Below are positions 51,769 to 63,477 of a DNA stretch of 63,477 nucleotides, in pieces. This DNA is from Lama guanicoe (lineage: Eukaryota): positions 1 through 63,477 of the forward strand of contig MU053611.1 in NCBI GenBank assembly GCA_013239625.1. Reading direction: 5' to 3'. Both the position numbers and the translations under genes were made by a program. Positions within the stretch are counted from its first letter, which is position 1. The number at the start of each line of letters is the position of its first letter. The notes under the pieces were generated by a model. The model did not search any database and was not told the origin of the DNA. It was given only the letters and a program-made list of their open reading frames with translations.

Positions 51769-52149
51769 ATTGTGCTGATAAAATATCTGCCCTCCTCTGA
51801 TTAGACAAGACAGCACCAGCTTTCCAGGGTCCTGCAGAGAGTGGAAACAAGACTCAGTCCCCTCTCTGCCCTTAGAAAATACAGCACCATGGATTACCAT
51901 TCGTGGTGAGTAATGAGAACTCTTACTTCCCCTTGTGAGTTAGGGATTCTACCTTTCTCAGAAGGTACATCTCTTGATTCTGTCTTCTGTGTGATAATCC
52001 TCACCGGATTAAACACAGAAGAACTTGTTTTCAATTTTCCCTTTGGAAGTCAATTTTGACAATTTTAATGATAAGAGTATCAGTCAAGATTTTACTCTGA
52101 TCATCAAATTAAAGCTGATCCTGACTAGACACTGGTATTGAGAAAATTC

Positions 52150-52422
52150 AAGCACCATGTCTCTTCAGTGGGTTTTCTGAACCTCCAGTGTACGTCAATC
52201 ATCCTCTCTGAAACAACAGCTAAATTCCAGCCTTGGGAAGGGGCCCCCTCACCAAGTTTGTTTCATTCTTGGTATTATTTCTCAGCTGCAGTGTGTTCTT
52301 TAGAGTTTTCATTTTATTCCCTTGAGTAGCAATTCCCTAAAAGTAGTTTATATTTCCTTACATTAAACTCTCCCTGTTCAGATTACTATGATTTCTGTCT
52401 CCTGATTAGACCCTGACTTATA
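52150..52422 (+). mobile_element. Probable ERV-L-class LTR 3' portion
   Basis: Ends ATTAAACTCTCCCTGTTCAGATTACT..TTTCTGTCTCCTGATTAGACCCTGACTTATA, like ancient ERVL LTR U5 ends. 5' boundary uncertain. Confidence 0.5.
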
Positions 52423-53990
52423 AAGGGTTTGAAGAGAATTCAATGGTAATTATACTAGTTCACTGAAGCTTCTCTAAGGATATGATTTGATCATTTTGTT
52501 TGAAGAATTCTTCAATGTCTTCGTGTAAAGGCACTATTTGGAAATATGATTATATTTTAAAATAGTTTCAAAAACTAGGGGAGCTAGATGTATTTACACT
52601 AGTAAATTTGGCTATTTTACCATGATTGAAATCTTATTTTCAAATCTTATTTTCACACTGTTGATTACTGTACCTTCCTGTTTTCCCCTTCTAATATTTG
52701 ATGTAAATCTTGTTTATATTTCATGATTACTTTGTATATTTAAAGTATCACTTGCATTTAAATGTAACAGATACTTCACAATAAACGAACTATTTTTTTC
52801 TCTACTAGGAAGACATATTCCCATTTCCAAAAGCATATTCTCGGTACTGTAAAAAACCAAGTTTTCTCTGTGCAACTATATTAAAAAGTTACTCCTAACT
52901 TTCAGTCAGTTGCCCACTTAATATTAAAGTTATTTTCACATAATAAGAATGTGAGTAGTTTTCTTGGTTCATTTTAGTAATACTTTTTTTTTCTTCTCCA
53001 ATGTCTAGTGATCGAGACTGACTCTTAATAATAAAAACCAGAGCGTAAAGACAGGCTAAACAGTCTGCTTAATGAAAAAAAAAATTAACTCCAAACGTAT
53101 GTGAACTATGTAGACAAGATAATTAAATGATGATTTTGTTTTTCTTTTGTTTAGTTTTTCTCCTTTCACTGCAGTATTTTATTTTCAAAGCTGTCTAAAT
53201 CAGACGAGTAAGCTATGGTTGTAATACCAGTCGGTCACGTCCAGACCCAGATTAAGCTTTGGATGTGACACTGCCCACATCATAGCATTCAGGTCCCTTT
53301 AGCTTTATTTTCCCATGTACTTTTCAAACTAATGTGCTTGATCTTATTGACTGTCCCTCACTGTCTTATTGCTTTCAGCCTGGTTTTAACTCCTCATCCC
53401 AGCCTCAGATTGAAATTTATTTTCAAATATTTGATTGTTTCTTGATCAGGAGGTATCTCAGAGACATTCTTACACACTCTGTAACCTGCAGTCTCGACCT
53501 GATGCTACCCCTGTGGCTGGCCCTTGATCTCAGAATCCCAGCTGAAAAAGAAGGGGCTGCTGGACAAGAGGCTATGTCTTACAATACTTGAAAATCATGA
53601 AAGCATGCAAAACAAACAAATGTCATGGTACTTGGATAAATTACTAAAGTATCCAATTGTGGTGTGTATCTCTTTACACATATCCAAAAGTATATTTCAA
53701 ATACTTAGAGTGTACACACACACAATTTCTTTCTTTCTCTTTTTTTTCCTCTCTCTCTCTGGCATGCACATTCACAGACATACACTCATATCCTTGCAGA
53801 TACACACACTGACACAAACTCACAGACATTTGCTGCTAATATAAGTGCCTAGAATCCTATGTTTTCTCTGTTCCTTGCCTGGGAGAGTTGAGCTTTGAAG
53901 TCAGGAAAGCGGCTATAGGTTTTAGCCTATGGGTATATTTAAGAGATGCCTCAGCAAAAGTCAAAGAACAGGGGTGAATTATCCTTCTAT

Positions 53991-54176
53991 ATCTGTGGTT
54001 CTCATCCCTACCTGCACATTAACATCACCTGGGGAGCTGTTACAAATTAACGCCTGGGCCCAAATCCAGATCAATCAAGTTAGATTCTCTGGTGGCAGAT
54101 TCTGGGTATTAGCAGTGTTTTACTTAAAAGCTCTCCGAGTACTGCTAATTTGAAGCCATGGATGAAGACCACTGCT
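53991..54176. mobile_element. hAT-Charlie MITE, MER5A-like
   Basis: CTGTGGTTCTCA..TGCACATTAACATCACCTGGGGAGCT..AAAAGCTCTCC..TGAAGACCACTG, with terminal inverted repeat remnants. Confidence 0.85.
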
Positions 54177-54304
54177 CTACTCTCCTGTAATTTTAATTCC
54201 ACTGCCTCCAATTTTAACTTCAGCCAGGGCTGCAGCAGCAGCAACCGCCTTCTTTGCTGACTATTGTACAGCTAATTTGACCATTGCGTTCTTGCTTGCT
54301 AACA

Positions 54305-54680
54305 TTTGGTCAGCAAATATTACTGAGCACCTACACGTGATACTTGTATGTTTGTGGCTTTGAGGACACAGAGGTGAATGAAACAGCAAAGACTCAGTTT
54401 TGTTCAGCAGTGGGAAAAGGCAGACAATAAACAGATAAATACGCATATAGTGTGCAGGTGGTAATAACCACTATGAAGAAAATTCAAGAGGAAGATAAGG
54501 AGGTGGAGTGATGTGAACAAAACGCTGGTGAACTATTTTACATGGGATGTCATGGAAAGTGACTTTCATAAGGTGACATTCAATAGAGATCTCAAAGAAG
54601 TGTCTGTGTGAATCTTGTTTTTTGGAAAGAGCATTGCATAGAAAGAGAAACAGAAAATTAAGAAACACTGAGGGAACAGA
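54305..54680 (-). mobile_element. L2 3' remnant
   Basis: CAGCAAATATTACTGAGCACCTAC..GAGGACACAGAGGTGAATGAAACAG..AAGGTGACATT. Confidence 0.75.
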
Positions 54681-54782
54681 CTATTTTTAAAGGGTGCTCA
54701 GTGAAAAATATTTAAGTGGTAAGTCCACTAAGAATGTAAGTTGTCTTCGTAGAAAATGTTGCCAATTGCATTACCTTTTCTT

Positions 54783-55242
54783 CATTAACTACATTGAGGT
54801 ATAATTTATATTAGTAAAATAAACACATTAAGTGCATATCATGATAAATTTCAAGTGTGTATACCCACATGATCATTACCAAAATAAAGACAGAAAGTTC
54901 TCTTGTATCCCTTTACACTCAAATTCCATGCCCCTACCTACCCTAATCTTAGTCCTATCACAATAGATTCATTTTGTTTGCCTTAGAGCTTCACTGAAAT
55001 AAAGTCATTTTTGTGTTTCTGGTTTCTTTCAGTAAGCATGCATATTTGAAATTTATCCATGCTAATACATGTATAAATATTTCTTTTCATTGCTGAGTGG
55101 GATTTCATTATACAAGTATAATCACAATTTGTTTGTCCATTCATATGCTGATGGACATTTGAGAACTTTGTGTTCTTGGCAATTATGAACAAAGCTGCTA
55201 AAAGCCTTGGTGTATAGGTGGTTTTGTGGAGATAAGTTTTCA
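54783..55242 (-). mobile_element. Old L1 (L1MB/MC-like) 3' region, antisense
   Basis: ATTGAGGTATAATTT..CATTGCTGAGT..TTTGTTTGTCCATTCA..GATGGACATTTG..ATTATGAACAAAGCTGCTA. ORF 54983..55246(-) resembles the L1 ORF2 C-terminus. Confidence 0.85.
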
Positions 55243-55923
55243 GCATCTGACCTCAGCCTCCAGAGGGAGCCTGACCAGCATACCCACCATGTAAGAGCAC
55301 AACACCCGCTGTGTTGGGAGGGGGCGCAATCTGCTTGCCAACAGGCACTGGGAGCAGCACAGACCAGAGGTGCTAACGGGGGCCTCTGGAAGCAACAAGC
55401 TGAGTTCATGAAACAAGGCAAAGACAGAAAGACCTACTCATAAAATCATTAAGAGAGCACAGTCTCTACAGGAACACATCCACATTTTTTTTTCTTTTTT
55501 TCTCATATATATTTTCTTTAACTTTTTAAATATTTACTTTTTAAACAATTGTGTATGTCTATGTTTTTAATTCCTTTAAAATGTTTCTTTTAAAATATTT
55601 CTATTTTTATTATTTTTTTAAACTCGTTTCAATTTCAGTTTTATTTCCCTTGGCTTTGTTCTCCTATTATTGATTACGCTCAGTTTTCAAACTTTTTGTT
55701 CTTTCCCCCTCTTTTAAGATTTTTACAATACGTCCCAACTCAATTTTTATTTCGCTTCAACTTGTTCTTCTGTTATTGGTTATACACAGTTTTCAAAAGT
55801 TTTATTTCTTGTTTTTTAAAATTTTCTTTTTTTTTAAGTAATGCTTTAGATAGATAAATAAATAAACTCCTTAAGGGCCACAATAGATGACTGATACTCC
55901 TTAAGCAACAGTGCCAGAGAGAT

Positions 55924-56831
55924 ATGAGCAAGATGAAGAAGCACAGGAACCATTCCCAATTAAAAGAACAAGAGAAATCCCCTGAAAGAATGATGAATGA
56001 AATAGACTTTGATGGCCTACTAGATCAAGATTTCAGAAAAGGGGTGCTAAAAAGTACTGAAGGAACTAAAAGAGATAGTGTTTAGAGACATAGGATATGT
56101 CAAAAATGAAACTAAAGCTATAAACAAGAGCCAATTAAAATTGGAAAACACATTTGCTGAGATGAGAACTGATCTAAAGGCTGTACAAAGCAGGCTAGAT
56201 AATGCAGAGGAACGAATAAGTGACCTAGAAGACAGGACAACAGAAAGCACCCAATCTGAACAGCTGAGAGAAAAACAAATAAAAAACAATGAAAACAATG
56301 TAAGGGACCTATGGGATAATATAAAGCGTGCCCATCTATGCATAATAGGGGTTCCAGAAGGGGAAGAAAGAACAAAGGGGATTGAAAAGGTATTGAAAAG
56401 GTATTGAATCATGACTGAAAACTTCCCAAACCTAAAGAAAGAATCAGATATCCAAGCACAGGAGGCTCAGAGGGTCCCAAACAGGAAGAACCCAAACAGA
56501 CCCACACCAAGACATACCATAATCAAGATGGCCAGAGTCAACGATAAAGAAATGATCCTAAAGGCAGCAAGAGAAAAACAAAGAGTGAGTTACAAGGGAA
56601 CCCCCATAAGGCTCTCAGCTGATTTCTCAACACAAACTCTACAGGCCAGAAGGGAGTGGCAAGAAGTATTCAAAGTCCTGAATGAAAAAAAGATGCAGCC
56701 TAGGATACTTTATCCAGAAAGGCTATCCTTTAGGATAGAAGGAGAGATAAAGAACTTCACAGACAAGGAAAAACTAAGAGTCTAGTAAAACTAAACCCAT
56801 GCTAACAGAAATATTGATAGAGCTACTCTAA
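55924..56831 (+). pseudogene. L1 ORF1p remnant (frameshifts and stop)
   Basis: MSKMKKHRNHSQLKEQEKSPE start; ORFs 56078..56407 (coiled coil, LWDNIKR..IIGVPEGEE) and 56411..56785 (ENFPNL..PIRLSADFS..ARREW..YPERLSF). Confidence 0.93.
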
Positions 56832-57242
56832 ATAGAAAAGAAGCAGTATGCTACAGAAATGAGAAACTCATAAATGAAAAGGTGATAACTACCATGAATT
56901 ACAAACAGAATAAACACATAATTGTAAAAGAAGACATCTAAATCATTAAGCGTGGGAGTGGGAGACAATAAAATATAGAATTTTTTTTCTTCTTTTTTTA
57001 AAAAAATTCTTTGTTCTTGGTAGGATGGGTTTGAGATTATATTACTATCTGTTGAACACAAATAGTTACAGTAACAGGTTAATATACATATAAAAGAGGG
57101 TAACCACAAGCCAAAAACTTACAAGTGAGTCACAAAAACTAAATAAAATCCTTGAAAATACAAAGGAAAACTACCAAACCACAAAAGGAAGAAGAAAGGA
57201 ACAAAGAGGAAATACCAAATCAACTGCAAAACTAAGTTCAAA

Positions 57243-60200
57243 ATGGCAATAAACACTCATCTATCATTAATTACTGTAAATGTCAATGGACTAAATGCTC
57301 CAGTCTAAAGACGTAGAGTGGCAGACTGGATAATAAAGCAAAAGCAAGAACTTACGCTGCATACAAGAGACCCACTTCAGGGAGAAGGACATATATAGAT
57401 TGAGAGTGAAAGGATGGAAAAGGATAGTCCATGCAAATGGAAAAGCCAAAAAAGCAGGTATAGAAGTACCGCTTTCAAACAAAATAGACTTTAAAACAAG
57501 GGCCATAAAAAAAATAAAAAAGGACATTTTGTAATGATTAAAGGAGTAAGACAAGATGAGGATATTACAATCATTAATATATATGCACCAAACATAGGAG
57601 CACTTAAGTACATAAAACAAATACTAACAGAGATAAAGGGGGAAATCGATGGGAATACAATCATTGTCGGAGATTTTAACACCACATTAACATCACTACA
57701 CAGAACTTCCAGACAGAAAATAAATAAGGCAACAGAGAAATTAAATGATACAATAGAAAAATTAGATTTGGTGGATATTTTCAGAACATTACACCTCCCA
57801 AAAATAGCATATACATTCTTTTTAAGTGCACATGGAACATTTCCTAGGATTGATCATGTACTTGGGCACAAAAGAAGCCTCAGCCATTTTAAGAAGATAG
57901 AAATTATCTCAAGCATCTTTACTGACTACAAAAAATGCCATGAAACTAGAAATCAATTACAGAGTAACAAAGGAGAAAAAAAATGAAAGCACGGAGATTA
58001 AACAACATGCTATTAAAAAACCAATGGGTCAAAGATGAAATCAAAGTTGAAATTAAAAACTACCTTCAGACAAGAGAAAATGAAAACACAACAACACAAA
58101 ACTTATGGGACGCAGCAAAGGCAGTGCTAAGAGGGAAGTTTATAGCGATACAGGCCTTCCTCAAAAAAGAAGAGCAATCTTAAATGGACAATCTAACCTA
58201 ACAGCTAAAAGAACAAGTAAAAGAAGAGCAAAAACACCCAAAAGTCAGCAGAAGGAAGGAAATAATAAATATCAGGGAGGAAATAAATAAAACAGAGATT
58301 TAAAAAACAATAGAAAAAAAAAAAAAGTCAAACCAAAAACTGAGTTTTTGAAAGAATAAATAAAACTGACAAACCTCTGGCCAAACTGACAAAGAAGAAA
58401 ATAGGCAAAATAAGAAAGGAAAATGGAGAAATTACAAACAATAACACAGAAATACAGAATATCATATAAGAATATTATGAACAACTATATGGAAACAAAA
58501 TGGATAACCTAGAAGAGATGGACAAGATACTGGAAACATACAGTCTACCAAGACTGAATCAAAAAGAAACCGACCACTTGAACAAACCAATCACTAGAAA
58601 TGAAATCCAATTAGCAATAAAAAAACCTCCCTAAAAATAAAAGTCAGGACTGGACGGCTTCACCGGGGAATTCTACCACACATACAGAGAAGAACTTGTA
58701 CCAGTCCTTCTCAAACTCTTCCAGAAGACTGAAAGAAGGGAATATTGCCAAACTCATTCTATGAAGCCACCATCACCCTGATACCAAAACCTGGCAAAGA
58801 CACTACCAAAAAAGAGAACTATAGGCCAATAACACTGATGAACATAGACGCAAAAATCCTGACCAAAATATTACCAAATAGAATCCAACAGCACATAAAA
58901 AAGATTATACACCACAATCAATTGGGGTTCATCCCAGGGACACAAGGATGGTTCAACATATGTTAATCAATCACTGTACTACATAACATCAACAAGAGAA
59001 AGGACAAAAACCACATGATCATCTCAATAGATGCAGAAAAAGCATTTGATAAAATTCAAAACCCATTTATGATAAAATTCAAATCCATTTATGATAAAAA
59101 AAAAACCCATCTATGATACCAAAGTGGGTATAGAGGGAACATATCTCAACATAATAAAAGCTATATATGACAAACCTACAGCCAGCATAGTTCTCAACGG
59201 TGAAAAACTCAAAAGCTTCCCACTAAAATCTGGGACAAGACAAGGATGCCCACTATCACCACTCCTATTCAACATAGTCCTGGAAGTCACCTGGAAGTCC
59301 TAGTCACAGCAATCAGACTATCACCACTCCTATTGAACATAGTCCTGGAAGTCCTAGTCACAGCAATCAGACAAGAGAGAGAAATAAAAGGGATCCAAAT
59401 TGGAAAAGAAGAGGTAGAAGTGTCACAATATGCAGATGGCATGATGCTATATTTAGAAAACCCTAAAAGGTCCACACAAAAACTACTGAAACTAATCAAA
59501 GAATTCAGCAAGGTAGCAGGTTACAAGATTAACGTTCAACAATCAGTTGCATTTCTTTACACTAATGATGAATCAACAGGAAAAGAATGTATAGAAACAA
59601 TCCCCTTTAAAATAGCATCCAAAGGTAATAAAATACCCAGGAATAAATCTAATCAAAGAGTTGAAAGACTTATGCACAGAGAACAATAAAACATTTTTGA
59701 AGGAAATTAAACAAGACTTTAAAAATTAAAAGATCTCCCATGCTCCTGGATTGGAAGAATCAATACTGTTAAAATGGTCACACTGCCCAAGGCAATCTGC
59801 AGATTTAATGCAATCCCTATAAAACCACCCAGAACATATTTCACAAACCTTGAAAAAAGTCATAATACAATTTAAATGGAATCACAAAAGACCTAGAATT
59901 GCCAAAGCATTACTGAAGAAAAAGAAAGAGACTGGAGGAATAACTCTCCCAGACACAGACAATACTACAGAGCTACAGTAATCAAAACAGCATGGGACAA
60001 AAACACATATGGACTAATGGAACAGAACAGAGAGCCCAGGAATTAACTCACAAAATTTTGGTCAACTAATCTTTGACAAACGAGGCAAGAACATACAATG
60101 GAATAAAGACAGTGTCTTCAGCAAATGGTATAGGGAAAACTGGACAGCAGCATGTAAAGCAATGAAGCTAGAAGACTCCCTTACACCATACACAAAAATA

Positions 60201-61133
60201 AACTCAAAATGGATCAAAGGCTTACACATGAGACAAGATACAATAAACCTCCTAGAAGAAAACATCGGAAAAACATTATCTGACATACACTCAAAAATGT
60301 TCCCCTAGGGCAGTCTACCCAAGCAATCGAAATAAAAACAAGAATAAACAAGTAGGACCTAAATAAACTTAAAAGCTTTTGCACAACAAAAGAAACCATA
60401 AGCAAAACAAAATGACAACCTATGGAATGGGAGAAAATTTTTTCAAAACATGAAAGTGACAAAGGCTTAATCTCTAGAATATATAAGCAGCTCATAGGAC
60501 TTAATAAGAAAAAAAGAACAACCCAATCTAAAAATGGGCAGAAGACCTAAATGAGCAATTCTCCAAGGAAGAAATACAAATGATTAATAGGGACATGAAA
60601 AAAATGCTCAATATCACTAATTATCAGAGAAATGCAAATCACAACTACAATGAGGTATCACCTCACACCAGTCAGAACGTCCATCATTCAAAAGTCCATA
60701 AATGACAAATGATGGAGAGGCTGTGGAGAAAAGGGAACCCTCCTACACTGCTGGTGGGAATACAGTCTGGTGCAGCCACTGTGGAAAACAGTATGGAGAT
60801 TTCTCAAAAGAGTAGGAATACACTTACCATATGACCCAGTAATCCTACTCCTGGGCATATATTCAGAAGGAACCTTACTTCAAAAAAAACACCTGCACCC
60901 CACTGTTCATACCAGCACTATCTACAATAGCGAAGACATGGATACACCCTAAATGCCCATCAACAGATGACTGGACAAAGAAGAGGTGGTATATTTATAC
61001 AATGGAATACTATTCAGCCATAAAATGACAACATAATGTCTTTTGGAGCAACACGGAAAATGTCACCATATGTGAAATAAGCCAGAAAGAGAAAGAAAAA
61101 TATCATATGAGATTGCTTACATGTGGAAACTAA
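57243..61133 (+). pseudogene. L1 ORF2p remnant (endonuclease, RT, C-terminal region; many disruptions)
   Basis: MAINTHLSLITVNVNGLNAP start; EN motifs NIYAPN, VGDFNT, RIDHVLGH; RT motifs [41 protein letters not shown]. Catalytic YADD reads YADG at 59429-59440. Confidence 0.95.
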
Positions 61134-61539
61134 AAAAAAAACAAAAAGACAAAACAAAACAAGAAACAAACAAACAAAAAAAAAAAGAAAAAAGAAAAGG
61201 AAAAGACAAATGAACATAAATACAAAACAGAAACAGGCTCATAGACATAGAATACAACTTGTGGTTGCCAGGGGTGGTGGGAAGGGATAGACTGGGAGTC
61301 CAAAATTTGTAGATAGTGCCATGTATATATAGAATAGATAAACGAGATTATGCCGTATAGCACAGCGAAACATATGCAAGATCTTGTGGTAGCTCTTGGT
61401 GAAAAAGTACGCAACAATGCACATATGTATGTTCATGTATAACTGAAAAATTGTGTTCTACACTGGAAATTGACACAGCATTCATTGTAAACTGCCTACA
61501 ACTCAATAAAATAAAATTTAAAAAATATACATTGTCTTG

Positions 61540-61715
61540 TGCCATTCTCAAAACAACACTTTGAAGTATGGTGTGTGATTATTTCTGTTTTCACATGATA
61601 AGACTGATGTGCCAAGAGATGGCCTGATTAAACTCATTTAGTGTACAAACAGTAGAATAGGTCAGAGTTGGAACCAAGCAGTTTAGTTCCATAGCTTATA
61701 CCTGACCACTGTTGA
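61540..61715 (-). mobile_element. MIR remnant
   Basis: TTCTCAAAACAACACTTTGAAGTA..TTTTCACATGATAAGACTGA..GAACCAAGCAGTTTAGTTCCA. Confidence 0.65.
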
Positions 61716-62075
61716 CTCTCTCAACAGCTGACACAATCATTTTACTGAGGGAAGCAACAACTACCTCTGCTTAGAAAATTCAAGTCTAGAGAGCTTGAGT
61801 GAAGGTTGAAAAGCAAAATCTGCGAAGAAAAGGTGTGAATTATCATACAAAGATTTACAAGAGTTTTGATGTTTCTATTGTTCCACCCAGGTAAATGGGA
61901 AGTGAAGAGTCAGAACAAGGGAGAGGGGATGACTGGAAGTGTGAAGTGATTAAATGAAAACCTTCCTGGGACTATGTGGTTGAAGGCTCAATGGGCCAGC
62001 GAAACTCCTCTGGATAGAAGGCTGAAAGATATGCTGAGAGCAATGATGCCTATTTTCCCATACAGAGTTATGTTG

Positions 62076-62110
62076 CACGTGTGCACACACGCGCGCACAC
62101 ACACACACAC
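62076..62110. repeat. Alternating purine-pyrimidine microsatellite (CA/CG)n
   Basis: CACGTGTGCACACACGCGCGCACACACACACACAC. Confidence 0.9.
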
Positions 62111-62189
62111 CCTCACTTACTTTGTACAATGCAACAAGTCAAGGGCTAGATAAGATTCCTAGGAACGTTTCTTTTATTAGCAGTAGCTT

Positions 62190-63175
62190 ACATAACTTTC
62201 GCTGCTAGCCCAGAGGGTGAACAGTGACCAGATTCACTCCTTCACCTGAAAACACTTAAAAAAAAAACTTGGAAAACAATATACAAAACATCTAATTTCA
62301 GATACTGGTTGTCTTCCTGAGTTGAGGAGACTGAGTTGAGGGCCCAGTAGGGCCAAGGTAGTTAGAATTCACCTAGCAGAGTACAGGATTTCATGGACAA
62401 GGAGAGAAAAGAGACAGAACGGATTTCAGAGACCCTCAGAGAGTCTCTCTAGGGTCTCCAGCTGAGCACTGATTACGTCAGGAAACGACCCCAATGCTGG
62501 GGAAAGAACCACCCGAAAGGAACGGAGGGAACGATCCCTGTTCACTCACACAGGGCCAGGAATAGCTGGGTTTCCACTGGTCAGGGTGGGGAATGTTGAA
62601 ATCAAGGTGCACTATGCAGAGTACTCAGATGGTATCACTTTAGTAGTGAAGCAAAATCATCCCTAGACCGAAGACTGCTCTGGTTCTACCAAAAAACACT
62701 TCAAAATTATCCTAGAAAGGATGATACTGTTTCTATCGAGCATATACTGCCTCCTGGAAAACAGCTTAAGAATATTTACAGAAATACAAAATTTCTATAC
62801 CCAATACATTAAAATTTGATAAACATATCACCAGGCATAAAAAGAAGTAGGAAAAATCAATCAATGGAAACAGATCCAGAAATGACATTAATTACAGCAT
62901 TAGGAGATGTGGGCATTAACACAGTTTTATACTGTTTTATGTTCAAAAAGGTAGAGGAAAGATTAATTATATTAAATAAAAAAGATAAAAGATACTTTAA
63001 AAAAAAGACCAATGTTGAACTTTTAGATATGAAAACTACAATGTCTGGAATGAAAAATATACTGGAAGAAATTAGAAGCAGATTAGACATTGCAGAAGAA
63101 AAGATGGGTACATTCAGAAAATTTAGCAATGTAAACTATCCTAAATGAAATAGGAACTGAAAAAAAAAAAGGAAA
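62190..63175 (+). mobile_element. Ancient L1M 5' UTR plus ORF1 N-terminal remnant
   Basis: ORF 62816..63148 (NQSMETDPEMT..ELLDMKTTMSGMKNILEEIRSRLDIAEEK) resembles the L1 ORF1p coiled coil. Upstream GCTGGGGAAAGAACCACCCGAAAGG is typical of old L1M 5' regions. Confidence 0.75.
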
Positions 63176-63177
63176 AT

Positions 63178-63390
63178 TCCATGTTCCAGACGTTACTTTA
63201 GGCATTTTACATATATCACCTCATTCAATCTTAACAAAATGCTGGGAAGGCACTAAAATTTTCCTCATCTTACACATGAACACACAGCAGAGAGAAATTG
63301 ATTAATTTGTCATACAAATTCACACAGCAACTAAATACCTGAGCCAGCGTCAGAACACACACAGTAGGTGGCAGAATGTGCAACCTCACT
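63178..63390 (-). mobile_element. MIR remnant
   Basis: ATGTTCCAGAC..TTTTACATATATCACCTCATTCAATCTTAACAA..CATCTTACACATGAA..CACACAGCAACTAAAT. Confidence 0.7.
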
Positions 63391-63477
63391 TCATAAAAGC
63401 AGAATCAGTCAGGAAGCAGTTAGTCTTGAAACAGAAATTGGAGTTCTGGAAGCTTCATTTAGATCCCAAAGCCACTG

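Larger units (their letters stand above)
30415..51901 (+). repeat. Tandem duplication unit 2 (21,487 bp)
   Basis: Begins GTACATATTATCATAAC, versus GTACATATGTATCATAAC at 8929. Only a handful of differences from unit 1 were seen. Confidence 0.98.
55243..61525 (+). mobile_element. Near-full-length degenerate lineage-specific LINE-1 (~6.3 kb, partial 5' UTR)
   Basis: GC-richer 5' UTR piece followed by a T-rich UTR, ORF1 and ORF2 fragments in order, then 3' UTR, AATAAA and an A-rich tail. Confidence 0.97.

Noticed and set aside
1060..55443. Numerous 60-145 aa ORFs in the ORF track, many recurring two to four times
   Set aside because: They recur only because the DNA is duplicated. They are low-complexity or overlap L1/L2/LTR remnants, many have non-ATG starts, and none resembles a protein I recognise.
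59047..59118. Short direct repeats as a CRISPR-like array
   Set aside because: No unique spacers, mammalian context, and it lies within L1 ORF2.
55243..61525. Possible active LINE-1
   Set aside because: Multiple stops and frameshifts in both ORFs, YADD mutated to YADG, and an incomplete 5' UTR.
1..63477. Assignment to a specific gene locus or species
   Set aside because: No exon was recognised. A camelid origin is only an inference from the L1 3' UTR style and the absence of other lineage-specific SINEs, and it needs BLAST.

Overview
AT-rich, gene-poor placental-mammal DNA. It carries MIR, L2, MLT1, MER5A and L1 remnants. I recognised no Alu, B1, Bov-tA, PRE1 or SINEC, and the youngest L1 3' UTR looks laurasiatherian, probably camelid (inference). 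No host protein-coding gene is supportable. The dominant signal is a recent complex rearrangement over 1-51901. It has (i) an inverted repeat with arms 1-11750 and 14307-25502 around a 2556-bp spacer; (ii) a near-perfect tandem duplication with a 21,487-bp period (8929-30414 / 30415-51901), each unit holding a 2.8-kb palindrome; and (iii) a mosaic at 7286-8099 built from alternating pieces of two unrelated templates. Old repeats that span the breakpoints (an ERV-L RT remnant and an L2) show which joins are ancestral. The result fits a DUP-TRP/INV-DUP structure that was then tandemly amplified. The left ~8.9 kb is either a real fold-back inversion or a haplotype-switch or assembly artefact. The last 11.5 kb is single-copy and contains a ~6.3-kb degenerate LINE-1. 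The spacer carries an ERV-L remnant whose dUTPase region lies upstream of RT, the reverse of the usual order.
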